Shown here piece after piece: positions 12,965-26,495 of a stretch of 64,000 nucleotides of DNA (positions within the stretch are counted from its first letter, which is position 1; every line of letters starts with the position of its first letter). The DNA is taken from the NCBI GenBank assembly GCA_024679065.1, contig JAGIQG010000008.1, positions 20,584,001-20,648,000 of the forward strand. The letters are read 5' to 3'. The position numbers and the translations under genes are program-made. This stretch comes from Sphyrna mokarran. Its lineage: Eukaryota. The notes under the pieces were generated by a model that made no database searches, was not told where the DNA came from, and saw only the letters and a program-made list of their open reading frames with translations.

Positions 12965-13872
12965 TTTTTGCGATCTTACGGGTCCTTGATTTCTGGCCTA
13001 ATCAGCCTCGTGTCAGGAAGGATGCGATGCTGATTCATGCTGATTTAAATATTATTAATGAGTCCAGGACGCTATTGTTCGGGTTTATTTGCCTTAGCGG
13101 CCTCACCAATGAAAGTCTTCAGCGGTGGGATCATTTTGGTTCCCACCAGTGGGAACATGAAATGATGGCCTCACCAGTAGGACTAAAGGCCATTGAGGCC
13201 ACCCTGGAGGGTCAATAGCGAGAGACAGTGCCACTTGGGCACCCTTGCACTGTCTGCCTGGCACTGCCCACCAGGCACTTGGCAGTGCCAAGAGTGCCAT
13301 GTCTGATGGGTCAGGGCACAAGGGGAGGTGGGTGAGGGGACTGCACACTCTGCAATGATGTTCAGCTGGGGTGGCGATTGACCCAGCTGGGCTGGAACGG
13401 CATTGGGAGGGAGGGGGGAATTGACTGGGGAATTGGTGGTGGGTGACAATTGACTAGGTAGGTTGGGATGGCGTGGGGGGGAGGGGGGACTGGGGAATGG
13501 ATGGTGGGTGATTTCCAGGGATGTGGGAACACAGTTGGCTGGGGATGTCAGCAATCGAGGGATAGGAGAGATCAGCGATATCCAGGATGAGGTGGGGGGG
13601 TGCAGGGAATGTGACTAACCAATCTCTCTATTCTGTTGCAGAGAACAGAGAGATCTGTACATGCATGATTGGGTCCTCTACCGCGACCAGCTGGCTTTCT
13701 GGTGAGCTTAGGCCCCACTCCCTCCTCCTACTTGCAGGAAACAGATTGAGCATTATTTTTAACACTAAATGGTGTAAGATTTCATTCATTACTTTGCCAA
13801 AAAATATGGATCTGAAATTCTCCCATTTTTATACACATTCGACACTTAGAATTTTTTGGTAGGATCGCTCCC
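12965..13872. mobile_element. GC-rich non-autonomous DNA transposon (MITE-like)
   Basis: Imperfect terminal inverted repeat gcgatcttac / gtaggatcgc and G-rich interior; similar elements at about 5090-5760, 8000-8650 and 24410-24935. Confidence 0.55.
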
Positions 13873-14096
13873 AAAGTATTTTCAAGCTCCTTGTTTAGTT
13901 TAATGCTATGTTGCACATATACTAATTGAGAAAGTAGGGAAAGCTAGAAATGGAGAATTCTGTGTTCCAGTCAAATATTACACATAAAGTAGATAACAAT
14001 ATTTTAATTAACCATATAATTGAATTGCCAGGATAGCTGTGGAGTGAATTGAATTTACAATTAAAAAATAGTGTTCACAATATTTGTCCTTCCTAC

Positions 14097-14196
14097 CTTG
14101 CAATCGCATAGGCTGCTATCACAAGGAGAATGACAGAAAGCACACACAAAGTCACTGCAAGGATTATTTCAATGTTTCTTCCTGATAGACCTTCGA
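14097..14196 (-). CDS. PTPRQ: PTPRQ transmembrane exon (EGLSGRNIEIILAVTLCVLSVILLVIAAYAIAR)
   Basis: atttcag acceptor, AG|gtagga donor, 100 nt, uninterrupted hydrophobic stretch followed by basic residues. Confidence 0.96.
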
Positions 14197-14324
14197 CTGA
14201 AATGACAAGAAGATACGCATAATTTAAAATTGCATGTCATAAAGCACAACCATCCATACTAAAAGTGGAAAAACAAATGCATTATAACTTTCTACTGCTG
14301 TTTTACTAACACATAAATGGCCAT

Positions 14325-17300
14325 GGGGGCAAAATTCAATTGCACCTGATAGCAGTCACAAGGACCTTGGTGAATAATTAACCTGCACCTCCAATAATTG
14401 CAATGCAGGCAGCATGCAAACTTTATATTGTCTGTCCATTTAAACGTTTGCAGCATGCAGCCAGTGCTAAGCATGCTACTAAGTCGCTGCATGCCTGAGT
14501 AGCGAACACAAAATTCAGAGATAAACACCAGTTGCACGTACTTAGAACATCCTTACAACCGGAGGTGCACTTTGGCTAAATCAAGTTATCATTAAGGGTA
14601 CTGTGACCAGAGAAATACACAACAATACACACATGGCAGAGAGAGTGAAAGACCCCAAGTTTCTCCCACTGTAACTCTGAAGGCTTTGACATTGGCATTG
14701 GACAGGAGAGAGGTCTTTTATTCACATGGGGTCAAGAAATAAGCTCTGAGAAAAAAAGGGCGCAGAAATCTGTGCAAGTCACTGTCAAAAGGTTAACCCT
14801 GAGGACGTGAAGCCAGTTCCATGAGTGTTCAAGATCAGTGAATTCATCTCCAAATGCCACATTTCATCAACTGTATCACTTGTCTCACACACTACTCAAT
14901 ACATCATATCTACATCACTCACCTATCAAATCTATCAAAATCACCAATCATGATTCATAGCTAACAATAGTTTCACCACATCAACACACACATTTAGCAT
15001 TGTTGCATCTCGTACATAACAAACTTCACACACATATCTCAGAGCTTGCAAAAACAGACAGCTACAACCACATTGCACTATATTGGTTGACACACTTCCA
15101 TCTTTCTTGTAAAACCGGGCAGCACAACAGGCATGGCTGCAGGTCCTCACCCTTATGAGGCAGTTGGTACTCACTAGCACTGGAACAGCTATGATTAAGT
15201 CTAAAGCCCGTGACAAGGCTGAAACCATCTGAGATAACACTGTGCGTGTATCTAATCTTGTTTCTCACATTGCCCTTTCCCCTCACCTCACAATGTCTTC
15301 TGAATTAGAAGATGGAAGTGTAAGTGTTCACTCACTGATTTCCTTCTTCCCGTTGTATCATTCTCCTTTTAGATACCCAAGAACTGCAACTTATAACTAT
15401 AGCAAAGTGCAAGTGAAAGGCAGGACTGCTGGTGAAATACTGTCAATTGATCTCACATTCACAGCCACTAGGTGACACACTGGCACCTTCTCTGCTTTAA
15501 AGGATAGTACAGATATGGGATTGGCATATGTGAAGTCATCAGGAAACAGTGGCTCCTATCCTGGGCAGATGCTAAACATAGTGCAGGTGCCAGCTTGCAT
15601 GAGTGGGAAGTTGCATGTGAGTTTTGCTGCACAATATTCAGATCAGAACTCCAATGGGGCAATGTACAGAAGGTTGACTGGTATGCACACCAAATTTTAT
15701 GACATATTGGCAGCACAGCCAAAAAGCCTGTCATTATTGTAAAGGAGTACAAAAGAACATGATGCCAAACTTGCACAGAGATTGGAATCCAATATTTCCT
15801 AGCATGCAAGAGACGGCCACCTCTAAGAGAATTCAAGTTCTCTAAACAATGATGAACAAACAGCCAATATCTCGGCTTCCATCGGAATGCAAACAAAAAC
15901 CCTGCCATGTCGAAGGGTTGTAGTTAAAGCTAAGAATGGTGTCATGCAATCTGCCCTCCAGTACATTACTAGGATTGCTGGGATGCCATTGAAGGGAAAT
16001 GGCACTGGATCCATCCAAGCCACTTCCTTAGAATAACACAATTGCCAATCCACTACTACCCTTGCTTTTGCTTGTTAATCAACCAACATAGACTACTGCC
16101 ATGTATACCAGAATGATGCACCTGTCATCCTGAGAGAGGATAGCAGGCTTGTGCTCTATGGAGCCATTCCTCCAGAAAGGACAGATTGCTGGACTATTGT
16201 GATGTTCCATGAGCTGTTTGAATAGCTGAACTGTTGATGTCTGCAGTTTTGGTTTCTACTATAGAACCGAGGCTTGTACTGCAGTGGAAGCTAAAACATC
16301 ATCATTCAGAAGATATATCATAGTTGTGCAGAGGGATGTGGGTGGATCTGGCCACTGTGGCCACAAGCTCCAAATTCTGCACAAAGCTTTCAGACAAGTT
16401 GGTGTTTGCCCTTTCTTGCCCTTTGATATTGACGCAGTTTCCTGAGAGCCAGACAATGTACTAAGCATTTCATTGTGTATTCCCATCCATTTTCTTCTAT
16501 AGTCCACCACATCAGAGTAGTCATTTCAGTTCTCAGCAGCAGAACTTAACGTGCAATCCTTCCTTGCTTCAAGCTGTATCTGCATTATTGTTGACCCCTG
16601 CCCTGGCTATAGGTCACTTGTACTGGGTGTCGGAGGGATAGGGAACTTTGTCAGAGAGTGTTCACATCAGGTTGTCATGGTTAAATAGCTGGGCGTGTGT
16701 GGAAGTTGTGAGAAATGGTGGTGAGGCGTGAGTATGAGGTGAAACTATGAATGTGAAGAATGAGTCATTTTTTTGGTGGAGATTGTTGGTAGATCAGTGG
16801 TGAGGTGGGGAAGGTGGAGTGATGCAGTTAGATTAATATGGCTTTTGAAGGTATATTCACTGAGTTTTGATCACTCGTTTGAGGTTATTGAACTTCATGT
16901 GACACTGAATCCAGGATTTTTGGGAGTAGAGTAACACTGAGTGGCATGTCTATCTGGTCTCATTGCCTTGGCAAAATCTATCTGGAGGCCATCCTGACCC
17001 TTTGTGGAAGGACAACATCTCTCCTCCAAGATCTTTAGCACCAAAGTTTCCAGTGTATGCAAAAAATCTTGGGGCTTTTCTCTGTTGTGCTCTGCCATTA
17101 CTGAGTGTTCACCAAGTTAAAATCAATTTTAGTTGGACTTCCCACACCTATTCTATCCATAGTGCACACCTCCTTTCAGAAGGGCAAGTTGCTTTTAAGT
17201 AGTGTAGGCTGGCCTGAACTTGAGCTAACCATTCACGACTTTGCAACCTCCGCTCAGGCATGTGGAATTAACAGTGCACTTAGTACAAATGACATGCTAC

Positions 17301-17340
17301 AATTATTTGAATTAGTGCAGAGCAGGAAATTGTGTTCTGA
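14325..17340. mobile_element. Decayed PIF/Harbinger-derived segments with Myb/SANT-like ORF relics
   Basis: Minus 16865-17098 gives APRF...LETLV...RDVVLPQ...KSWIQCHMKFNNLKR across frameshifts; a related relic starts at about 14633 on the plus strand. Confidence 0.6.
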
Positions 17341-17355
17341 TTGAATCAAAAGCCA

Positions 17356-17658
17356 GGGCATCATGGTAGTACAATGGTTAGCACTGCTGCCTTACAGCAC
17401 CAGGGACCTGGGTTTGATTCTTGGCTTGGGTTACTGTCCATATGGAGTCTGCACGTTCTCCTCATGTCTGAATGGGTTTCCTCTGGATGCTCCTGTATCC
17501 ATCCACAGTCCAAAAGATGCGCTGCTTAGTTGCATTGGCCATGCTAAATTCTCCCTCAGTGTACCCGAACAGGTGCCGGACTGTAACATCGCAGGGATTT
17601 TCACAGTAATTTCATTGCAGCGTTAATGCAAGCCTATTTGTGACACTAATAAATAAAA
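17356..17658 (+). mobile_element. HE1-like V-SINE
   Basis: Head tggttagcactgctgcc...gggtttgattc, V-core, tail ttcacagtaatttcattgcag...gtgacactaataaataaa. Confidence 0.88.
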
Positions 17659-18294
17659 TTTAAATGTAATTCTGCATCGCAATCCCCGTGACCATTTTCA
17701 TGTTCTGTACAATTTTGAACCAAAATGTGATAAGTTTAGGTCATGACTTAAAGAGTGAATCCACCTTTATGCCAGTGAAAAGCAGTGACTGGAAACTTCT
17801 GAAGTCAGTCCTTTTTTACAGCATGAACATGTAAAATGTGACTTAATTGTGTTCAAACCAGCCGTCTGGTTTTCAAATCATAAGAGCTTCCGAATAGCAG
17901 AAACAATGAATGAACACATCTAAGAATCACAGGAAATAATGTGAAGCATAATTGGGAAAACACGAGGAACATTTTACACTATAAATAGCTACTTTGAACT
18001 GGATGAAGCAACAAAGCCTTGTTTATACAGGGTTCATTAAACTCAGTCAAATCGGAGTTGCTATGTAAATAAGTTTAACCCTTTGACATTCTGGGACCTG
18101 TTGCATAAAATTTCTTTCTCTGAATAGAAGCTAAAAAATAAGCGCTTTTCGAATCTTTCAGTTGAAATTTCTTCAGAGAGAAACTTAAAAACATCTCAAT
18201 TTGATAAATATATTTATCTTCCAAATATAGATTTAAGTTCACTGGCGTAAGTGATTCCATGTCGTTAGTGTACGCTTGACCTGGACCATTTGAT

Positions 18295-18627
18295 GGGCAA
18301 CATGACAGCTCAGTGACTATCGCTGTGTTGTGCTGATACAACATAGTGTTGGATTTGGGCCTGTGTCGGTGGGAGTTTGCACATTCTCCCTGTGCTTGCG
18401 TGGGTTTTCTCCGGGCACTTTGGTTTCCTCCCACATCCCAAAGATGTGCTTTTAGGCTAATTGGCAAAACAAATTCTACCTAAATTGTCTCAAATTTGGT
18501 TTTTAATCCATAGATCTATAAACATGGACAGGGATCGCGAGGTAGAGGATCGAGGGAACATCGGGGTGGCGGCGCGGGCTCATTGGGCCGAAGGGCTGTT
18601 TCCCGTGCTGTTTTGTTCTTTGTTCTT
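18295..18627 (+). mobile_element. Degenerate V-SINE with CR1-type tail
   Basis: V-core ggagtttgcacattctccctgtg; tail gggccgaagggctgtttcccgtgctg. Confidence 0.75.
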
Positions 18628-19645
18628 TGATGTGATTTTTCTCAAACTGTTTGTCTTCAAATCCAAAAATCACTTGGAAACCAAGACACAAAGGATGTGA
18701 AAGTCTACATCAGAAGATGGGACTGGAGTTGTGATGAACAGTGGAAAACAGACGTTTGGAAATGATTTCAACCATTAAATATTATTAAGAAGTGAGCATT
18801 GTGAGAAAAATGGAAAGAGCTTCCAATTTTGGCAAAGGGATGGGGCATAGAATGGATGGCTGACCTAATTTGGCCCTTTTTTATCCCCACTGAAAGTGAA
18901 ACTTCAGGCCAATATTAAAGACAACACTGAGACACTGAGATTACCAAAAGCTTGTATTACCAAGAAACCAAAAATGTACTTAATTTGGCAGCAGATGTTT
19001 TTACGTTTGGCTAAAGTATTGCCTCAAATTGTCTCATGTCTTAATTTTGCTTTTGTAAAATTGAGAAGGAAGGACCATGGGGAGCTTTTGGAGATCTTTA
19101 GAATTCCAGCTCTGTATCTCTGGATTTTAAGAAGAAACTTTGTTATATTGCTTATGGAATCAATGTTGAAAGCCACAAACAATTGTGAAATGCCTAAATG
19201 CATAGCCAGCAAATGATAAGGAGCATTAATTTCAACTGAATAGTTTTCTGATCAGCTCATATCAGCATGGAACAATTACACAACCAAAAATGACTATTCA
19301 AATATATAAAAGCTCGGAATCATAAGATTACTCAAAACGGAAAATATTTTTCAATAGAAAATAAGAGCAAAAAAAGCTGGAAAACCAGAATTTCGATGAA
19401 AGGTCAATGATCTGAAATGTGAATTCTGGCCAGGCCTCCTGGAGGATGCAATGAGCTAGCCAAAAGTCCACTGACTTCAGAGGGGCCAGATTACAAAGCC
19501 AGAATATCCCACCTTCTGTGAGTCTCCCAAAGCTGCCTGACTCACTGAGCTTTTTCAGCTTTATCAGTTCCCATTTCAGGTCTCCAGCATCAGTTTTTGT
19601 GTTTTGTTTTTGCATAAACACTTCAGTTATATTTTATATGAATAC

Positions 19646-19719
19646 CTTGGGTTTTGACTGGATCAGAGTAATCTGAATCTGTAAATTGTCTTCGAAAGTT
19701 TGTTGCTCGGAACTTGAAT
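19646..19719 (-). CDS. PTPRQ: PTPRQ exon (FKFRATNFRRQFTDSDYSDPVKTQ)
   Basis: cctttttag acceptor, G|gtattc donor, 74 nt, phase 2 to 1. Confidence 0.95.
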
Positions 19720-20029
19720 CTAAAAAGGAATGACTAAATTTATTACAGATAAAGTTGACTGTAAAATATCAATATAGATACATATTTTCCTAATAGATCA
19801 ATTATGAATTTGTGTGCCCTAGATATTTTCTCAGGTTCAGTGGCATCAGTTGCTCATGTGAGCAGGTCTGAGTGTTTTAATTTTTTACAAGCAATACTCA
19901 CACTGATCTATGTATATCTATGGAATAACAGGGGTAATGCTGAGATAATAACATAACTCTCTTGCAATCTGTGTCAGCTATTCATATCCACCTCAGCTCA
20001 ATAATACCTCCAAATGCCTCCATACATGC

Positions 20030-20445
20030 CTCCAAATCAGAAAATTGTAAGTTCAAGCACTTTGGGGACATGAGGGCATGATTTTGGTTGGCATTTCAGG
20101 GCAGTATTGAGGAAGTGCTGTCTTTTAGGTCAAATGTTAAACTAAACCTTGCATGGCAGTTCAATGCTGATTGTCCAAATATGGCCCATCAATCTCACAC
20201 TTTCAAAAATCTGCTTTCTTAGGCTGGGATAAAATATCACAAGCACTACTTGAAGAAGAGCAGAGTGTTCTCTTCGTGTCCTGGCTAACATATATCGCCC
20301 AGCTAACGTCATAAAAAACTGATTGCTGGTTGGTTTATCTAGTTATTGTAACAGGTGTCTTGATTTATATGAATTGGCTAATTATACTATAACATTATCT
20401 ACATTGCAAACTACTTTATATGTTGCAATGTGCTTTGTGATAGAC
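20030..20445 (+). mobile_element. Old Deu-domain SINE (SacSINE/DeuSINE-like)
   Basis: gcactacttgaagaagagcagagtgttctcttcgtgtcctggctaacatata matches the recalled Deu-domain consensus; other copies at about 36145-36540 (+) and 31300-31620 (-, tail only). Confidence 0.7.
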
Positions 20446-21398
20446 TGTAAACTCTGCCTACTCTTACTTTACTCAAACAGGTCAAGATCTGGAGAGAAAA
20501 CTGGGCAGTGCAGAACTACACATTGGTTTTCAGTCACTGAAAAAATATAGTAAGATTCTGCCTTATGAATAATCAGCATTGAACTGCCATGTAAGATAGA
20601 TATTGAGGTAACTTATGCCAATTCATATTAAAGTTTAGTGAAACACATGGTTGTTTAGTTATGGCTATTTTGTGAGGAAGATTGGTTAAGCCTGTAAATC
20701 TTGTCAATGTATAGTCTATTATTAGTTCCCTTCACTTTTCCATTTATTGTCTATTGCCTAATTTATTCAGTGTTTATTCTGTTAATTTCCGTTGTGTAGG
20801 AAGATTACACATGGGATACAACAGCATGATAAAACATGGGAATGATGATCTGGTGAGTTTACTACTACAATTTACCTTGAGATAAAGTGGTTAAATTTAC
20901 ACCTAATTAGCTGCATAGTTGTCCGCAAACAGTTATTTCAAAATGTAAGATACATCAGTGACTCAAGGTTGTCAAACACAAATGGTTTACGGAACTATGC
21001 TTTGTCAACAATAAAAATCTATACATGGATTTTATTAGATGAATTACTTAATGGCAACAGCTTAGTGCTCTATTGTATTACCACCCAATGTTTCTGGGCC
21101 TAAGCACATTTGACATTTAAACTTAAATGGAATGTCAATGACTGCACTTGACACCCCACATAAAAACAGATGTTCCTGTCTTTTCCCATTCCCAGTGTTA
21201 CAGCAGCAAATTTTAGCAACACACAAAATGATTGAGCAGCAAAGAACAGGAACTTTACATTGTAAAGAAATTCGAGAATGCTGTTTCGTTTGTGTCTGTC
21301 GCACTCTCATAAATGAACAGAACATCTTTGTAATATTGTGGCCTTTATTCAATTAAAAAATATGCAGCCAAATAAATCAGAACCAATATTCTACTTAC

Positions 21399-21618
21399 AA
21401 ATACTGCTTGTCATGTTTCAGGGGGCCATTGCAAATTTTCTCAGGATTTTGTTGACAGGATTTTTCATCTCCAATGGTAAATGTTTCCTCATTTGCATTT
21501 TCTCTGTATGTGATTTCTCTACTACAGGGTGGGTTTTCAAAGCCTTCATTCGCAAAGTATGGCTTTGGTTTCCTCACGTAAGCATCATACCATGTAGAAA
21601 TGTTGTCATCATTCATCG
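21399..21618 (-). CDS. PTPRQ: PTPRQ exon, stalk (WYDAYVRKPKPYFANEGFENPPC...ICNGPLK)
   Basis: ctcaacag acceptor, TT|gtaagt donor, 220 nt, phase 1 to 2. Confidence 0.97.
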
Positions 21619-21844
21619 CTGTTGAGAAACCAAAATAAGAGATAAATTAGGAAATTAAATATTTTGATTGGGATATTTGCTACAAATTTAAAACAAACTA
21701 TTAATGCAGTGAAGCTGATCTGCATTTCTCCATTCGCTTTCAATGAAAATGTACTATTACATTTTTTAAAACTCTTTTTTTCCAGGTCTCACTATGAATA
21801 ATGCAATGCTTACATGTAGCATTGCTGTAATACAGCAACTTGAA

Positions 21845-22097
21845 GTTAATTTACTATTGTCACGTGTAGACTTACATTACCACTGCAATGAGTTCACTGT
21901 GAGTATTCCCTAGTCACTACACTCCAGTGGCTGAGGGAGAATTTAGCGCGGCCAATGTACCTAACCAGCGCATCTTTCAGGCTGTCAGAGAAAATCAGAG
22001 CAACTGAAGGAAACCGACCCAATGATCCAAGCCAGGAATCAGAGCAAAGTCCCTGGTGCTGTGAGGCAGCAGTGTTAACCACTGTGTTACTGTGCCA
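21845..22097 (-). mobile_element. HE1-like V-SINE, internally deleted
   Basis: Same head and tail as the 17356 copy, in reverse orientation. Confidence 0.8.
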
Positions 22098-22106
22098 TGG
22101 AAATTC

Positions 22107-22318
22107 TGAAGTCACTCCTCAAAGTTCCCTTTATTTACAAACTTGTCTCCACTCCTAAAAGTGCTTCACGTATAAAATTAAAATCCATGTATCAGTAACT
22201 TTGATATTCCCCCTTATATACGCTGATGAGATTCCCTGATTGAGCAGGCAATCATTACCTCAATCAGGGAGCTATTACTCTGACAGGCTTACCTCATGGG
22301 CCTCATTGTAAGTTTTCA
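22107..22318 (-). mobile_element. Short solo-LTR-like repeat
   Basis: TG...CA ends, TATA-like tatataa and aataaa on the minus strand; similar to 46427-46635. Confidence 0.5.
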
Positions 22319-24954
22319 TTCAAGTTTGGTAATTGTACCACTGTTCTCTCTTTATGAACCGTTCTGAGAGTTTGATATATCTTTGATGGTTCACAAGTAC
22401 ACTGAAATTCATGAAACATGCACGACAGATGATATTTATTGGAAGTGATAACCATCTTGCCATCTCTTTGAGAGCCCACGATAACAGTCAAGAACTGACT
22501 GTTGAATAAGTGCCACTCAGACACTTAACAGGATGATAGTGGACTTTTCCTGGGATCAAGATCCCAAGGTGGGAGGCAGATGCGCTGCCTGGTGTGAGCT
22601 GCCAGACAATCAGAGATCTGCTGCTCCATTAATTGGCAGCACCACCGAGGTAGTGCCTGCTTCCAGTATGACATCAACCTGTGGCCTAGTATTACTGTGC
22701 CTGGATCCTAGGTCACAGTGAGTAATGACATCGTGGGCTGGAAGGCATGAGAGGTAATTCGACAGCAAGGGAAGATGATGGCTTTCACTGGAGCTTCTTC
22801 TTGCTGAAGCAGTTTCCCCGATCAGGCATTCAGTGCCTTTGAATGAGCACCCCCCCCCACCCCCCCACCACCATTGGGAACCTCACAGGTTTGCTTGTTA
22901 TATTTCCCATATGGTGTGTCCTTCACCCTCTGCTGGGTTAATACCATTGGTGTGGGATGAAGCTCTTAGTGAGCAATAATTGCCCATTTATAATTCTTAA
23001 TTGGCGGTGGGGCAGGAAGCTCATGTAAGGGCATTCTCACTGCATACCTAATCAGGATGGAGGCAGGACTGTGATAGGGTTCCCACTGTTTCATTAAATG
23101 CCAAGTTTGCCATGGAGATACGCATCAAATTCTACCTGACTCACGGTCAAGATCATGATGTAGTAGCCTGGTTCTCTTTTTCTCTTTGTTTTCTTCTTTC
23201 CTGCTTGGATGGAGAAATCTGGCTTCCACTTAGCACATCAACACAACAGCATTCTCAGAGCAAGAACTCTGATGCAAATGTGTCTGGTTCACTAAGAATT
23301 CAAATCACTAAGCTGCACAGTTCCATAAGGTAACTTTCTATCTATTAAAGTCAGCTGATAAATAATTCACTCCAGGAAATGCAGTTTTGTGACATCTGTT
23401 CTTTGCATTTGTGTTTTGGAATTATAAGACTCAATAGGAAGTCAAATATGTTCTCCTACACTGCTCTGCTAGTGTGTATTTTTACTGCCATACAGCTTTG
23501 TGCCTCTACATAATGAGGCTCTTTATCATTAGTATATGTCATTTAGCTGAAAAAAAATTAAATAGTGCTATAAAGCAGATAAGTGTAAAAAATGAAAAAC
23601 AGAAAACAGAAAAAACAAATGTGAGATTCTGTAAATATGTAACGTAATAATTGTAAGAAAAAGAGAGTTAAAATGGTTGTAGAAATCTAGTGGACCACTG
23701 AAATATAGTTAAGAGATTCAAGTGCTAACGTCTTCATAGAATTACACCTAGGTCAATGCAAAAAGCATTAAATTGGTCTTGGGAAACATTATTTTATCTT
23801 AGAATATGTACAATATTAAATTGACAATGGGAATAAATCCTGCAATGGAATACTAATTTAATTACAAGTTATGAAAGTTACACAATGGTAAAAAGTACAT
23901 GTTATTTACATGGATTTCTATTTTTCAAAAATGAGGACATTTGTTAATTTGATTTCATACAATTGCATGAAAGCAAACTGCTTTCTTATGTGAAGATTTA
24001 AAAAATTAAAAATCAATGCTAACAACAACATTTTCAATCATGTAAACCACATGATGGCAGCATAGGAAATGGAAAATGCAATGCTCATGCAGTAAGGATG
24101 CTTTTCAGAAGATGTGTTTGAGATGCATCATTAGCATGAAGCATTCCTGAGTAGGAATAACATGATCATGCGCAGAACAAAACTCCCTCACCTTGCACTG
24201 ATATTGTGTGCCTAAAATGGGAAGATCTTCCATATTCCAATGCTATCACCTTGATGGGCACAAAATTAATTTTAAAAATGCCATTATTGGTTTTTGATGC
24301 TTTATATTTGACTCTTGTGCATCATTATTATCTTTAAAAGTCAGGCCTTTCTAACAGCATACATACATTCTCGCACAACAGTGAATCTCTAATAGAATGT
24401 CAAAAATGGAGGGGCGATTCTCCTAAAAAAAAATTCTCAGTGTTGAAGTCAAATAAAACTGGAGTAAATCACGCTGGATTTTTCGGTGTGATTTCTAAAA
24501 TGAATCTCCTGCACGTAGTGCATCACAGAGTGCACTAGCATGATAAATGTAAAAAACGCCAATCCTTGCTGGAGAAGCCAGCAGCATAGCGCTGAGCAGG
24601 CCACTATGCATGTGTTGGTCTGTCAGCACGAGAATGGTGCATGTACAGCAGTTCTGAACTACTGATGCCCCGATTGCTGACCAGCCTTATGACTCTGATT
24701 CACAGGTCCCTCCAACCCTCCTCCAACACTCCCCTCCCCCCCTTCCCCACAGCCCGATACTTCCTGCCCAAACGTGACCAGCCAGCCTCAGCCCCATACC
24801 CCCACCAGTCCCTCTTCAAACATCCTCGACAATCCTCTGATACGATACGATGATACTCTGGAGAAGTGTTAATGAAGAGCTCTTTTGAAACGGCACAAGC
24901 ACTCTATTTCAAGCATTCTCATGAATAGGCCCAGGTCTAACATTTTGAGTACTT

Positions 24955-25445
24955 AGTCTCCCACAAATTACTCTGGAAGGGTAAGGTATCACCAAGTTTG
25001 AGCAGCAGCTATTTCATACTGCTACTATGCAGCAACAACAAGGATGCACAGTCATATCAAAAAGATACTCTTTCTACCGCACAAAGAAGTAATAAATATG
25101 AATTTCAGAGCCAGTGCAGTGCCAGGTACGGAGGCTGTATGAACTAACATTTGGCAGATCATATTAAATAGCAAGCTGCTTTGGCTGTTCTCAAAAAGCT
25201 GAATATTGGCTGTGCTCAACCAGCCTGTGCTTGCAAAGCTCAGAATATAGTGTCTAATGTCAGTTGTGGCTCTATGATTGGATAGCACTTGCTGAATAAT
25301 CCCAAGAGTATTATGAATCACACCAACAACCAATTTGAGGTTATCAACGGACTCGCAACGTAGCTCGCTTCTGTTTGCGAGCAGCTGAATATACTGGTAC
25401 ACAGGGACCTGTCCTTTTCAGGCAAAAGGAATATTACCAGACATC
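24955..25445 (+). mobile_element. Penelope-like element relic (GIY-YIG endonuclease region)
   Basis: Fragments KLLWKGKVS, YEFQSQCSARYGG...HLADHIK, IG*HLLNNP and TQGPVLFRQKE resemble the C-terminal GIY-YIG domain of Penelope ORFs; many stops and frameshifts. Confidence 0.7.
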
Positions 25446-26208
25446 ACAAATTTAAAAAAACCAAATAGCTCCCTGATGTATTCTACATAGCAGTGTTTCA
25501 CCCAGTCAAAGCCTACTTGCCAACCAAGCAGCATCCTTTTCTCATCCAATTTCAATTATTGCTCCCTTTGAAATCTGGCATTCTTGCATCTATCCAGATA
25601 AGCGCAAGAAGAAAAGCTTTGACAGCATGTCTCTTTTCTTTTTAGCAATATTCTCAAGACATTAGTTATTCAGCAAATAGTTGAAACAGTATCATTTCAC
25701 CCTTAAAATCAAGTCTGTAATTCAAGAATAAAAACAAAGATGGTTCTCAATATATTGTATGCCATCGTTAGTTTATTGAAATAATCTGAATAAAACTACA
25801 CCAATATCTTCTCTAATATGGATGCACCTGGTTCACATGGTGCAGCAATTTATTTAGCCAGTGTTCCTGAATAGCATCACTCCTCTCTGGGAATGCCTGA
25901 CTAGGGAATCAGTCTTATAGTCAAGGTTCTCTCTGATCCACACAGCCTCACAGCAACCCAAAAATTGCAATGCACAAATCGATTTTTTAGGTTATCATGT
26001 TTGTGCGACTGAGCAAAATAAAATTAAAAGCCTGCAAGCTTAAACAAAGTGCTGCACACAACAAAATGAATCGCAGTCTATGGTAACATCATCGGAACTA
26101 GCTCTTGCGATGTTACTCTGAGATAAACTGATGAATTGTCACCAATGAATTTCGTCACTTTATTTAAATTTAATGGATGCCAATTCAGCAAAATTTGGAA
26201 AAAATAGT

Positions 26209-26487
26209 CACAGAGTCATAGAAGTTTACAGCATGGAAACAGGCCCTTCAGCCCAACTTGTCCATGCTGCCCTTTTTTATAAAACCCGAAGCTAATCCCA
26301 ATTGCCCGCATTTGGTCCATATCCTTCTATACCCATCTTAACCATGTAACTGTTTAAATGCTTTTTAAAAGGTGAAATTGTACTCGCCTCTACTACTACC
26401 TCTGGTAGCTTATTTCAGACATTCACCACCCTCTGTGAGAAAAAATTAATCCTCTGACACTTTTGCATCTCTCTCCTCTCACCTTAA
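26209..26487 (-). mobile_element. CR1 LINE 3' end
   Basis: Starts agtcatagaagtttacagcatggaaacaggcccttcagccc (reverse CR1 tail); similar 3' fragments at about 28600-28760, 44380-44545, 48030-48230 and 50500-50790. Confidence 0.75.
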
Positions 26488-26495
26488 AATCTTAC

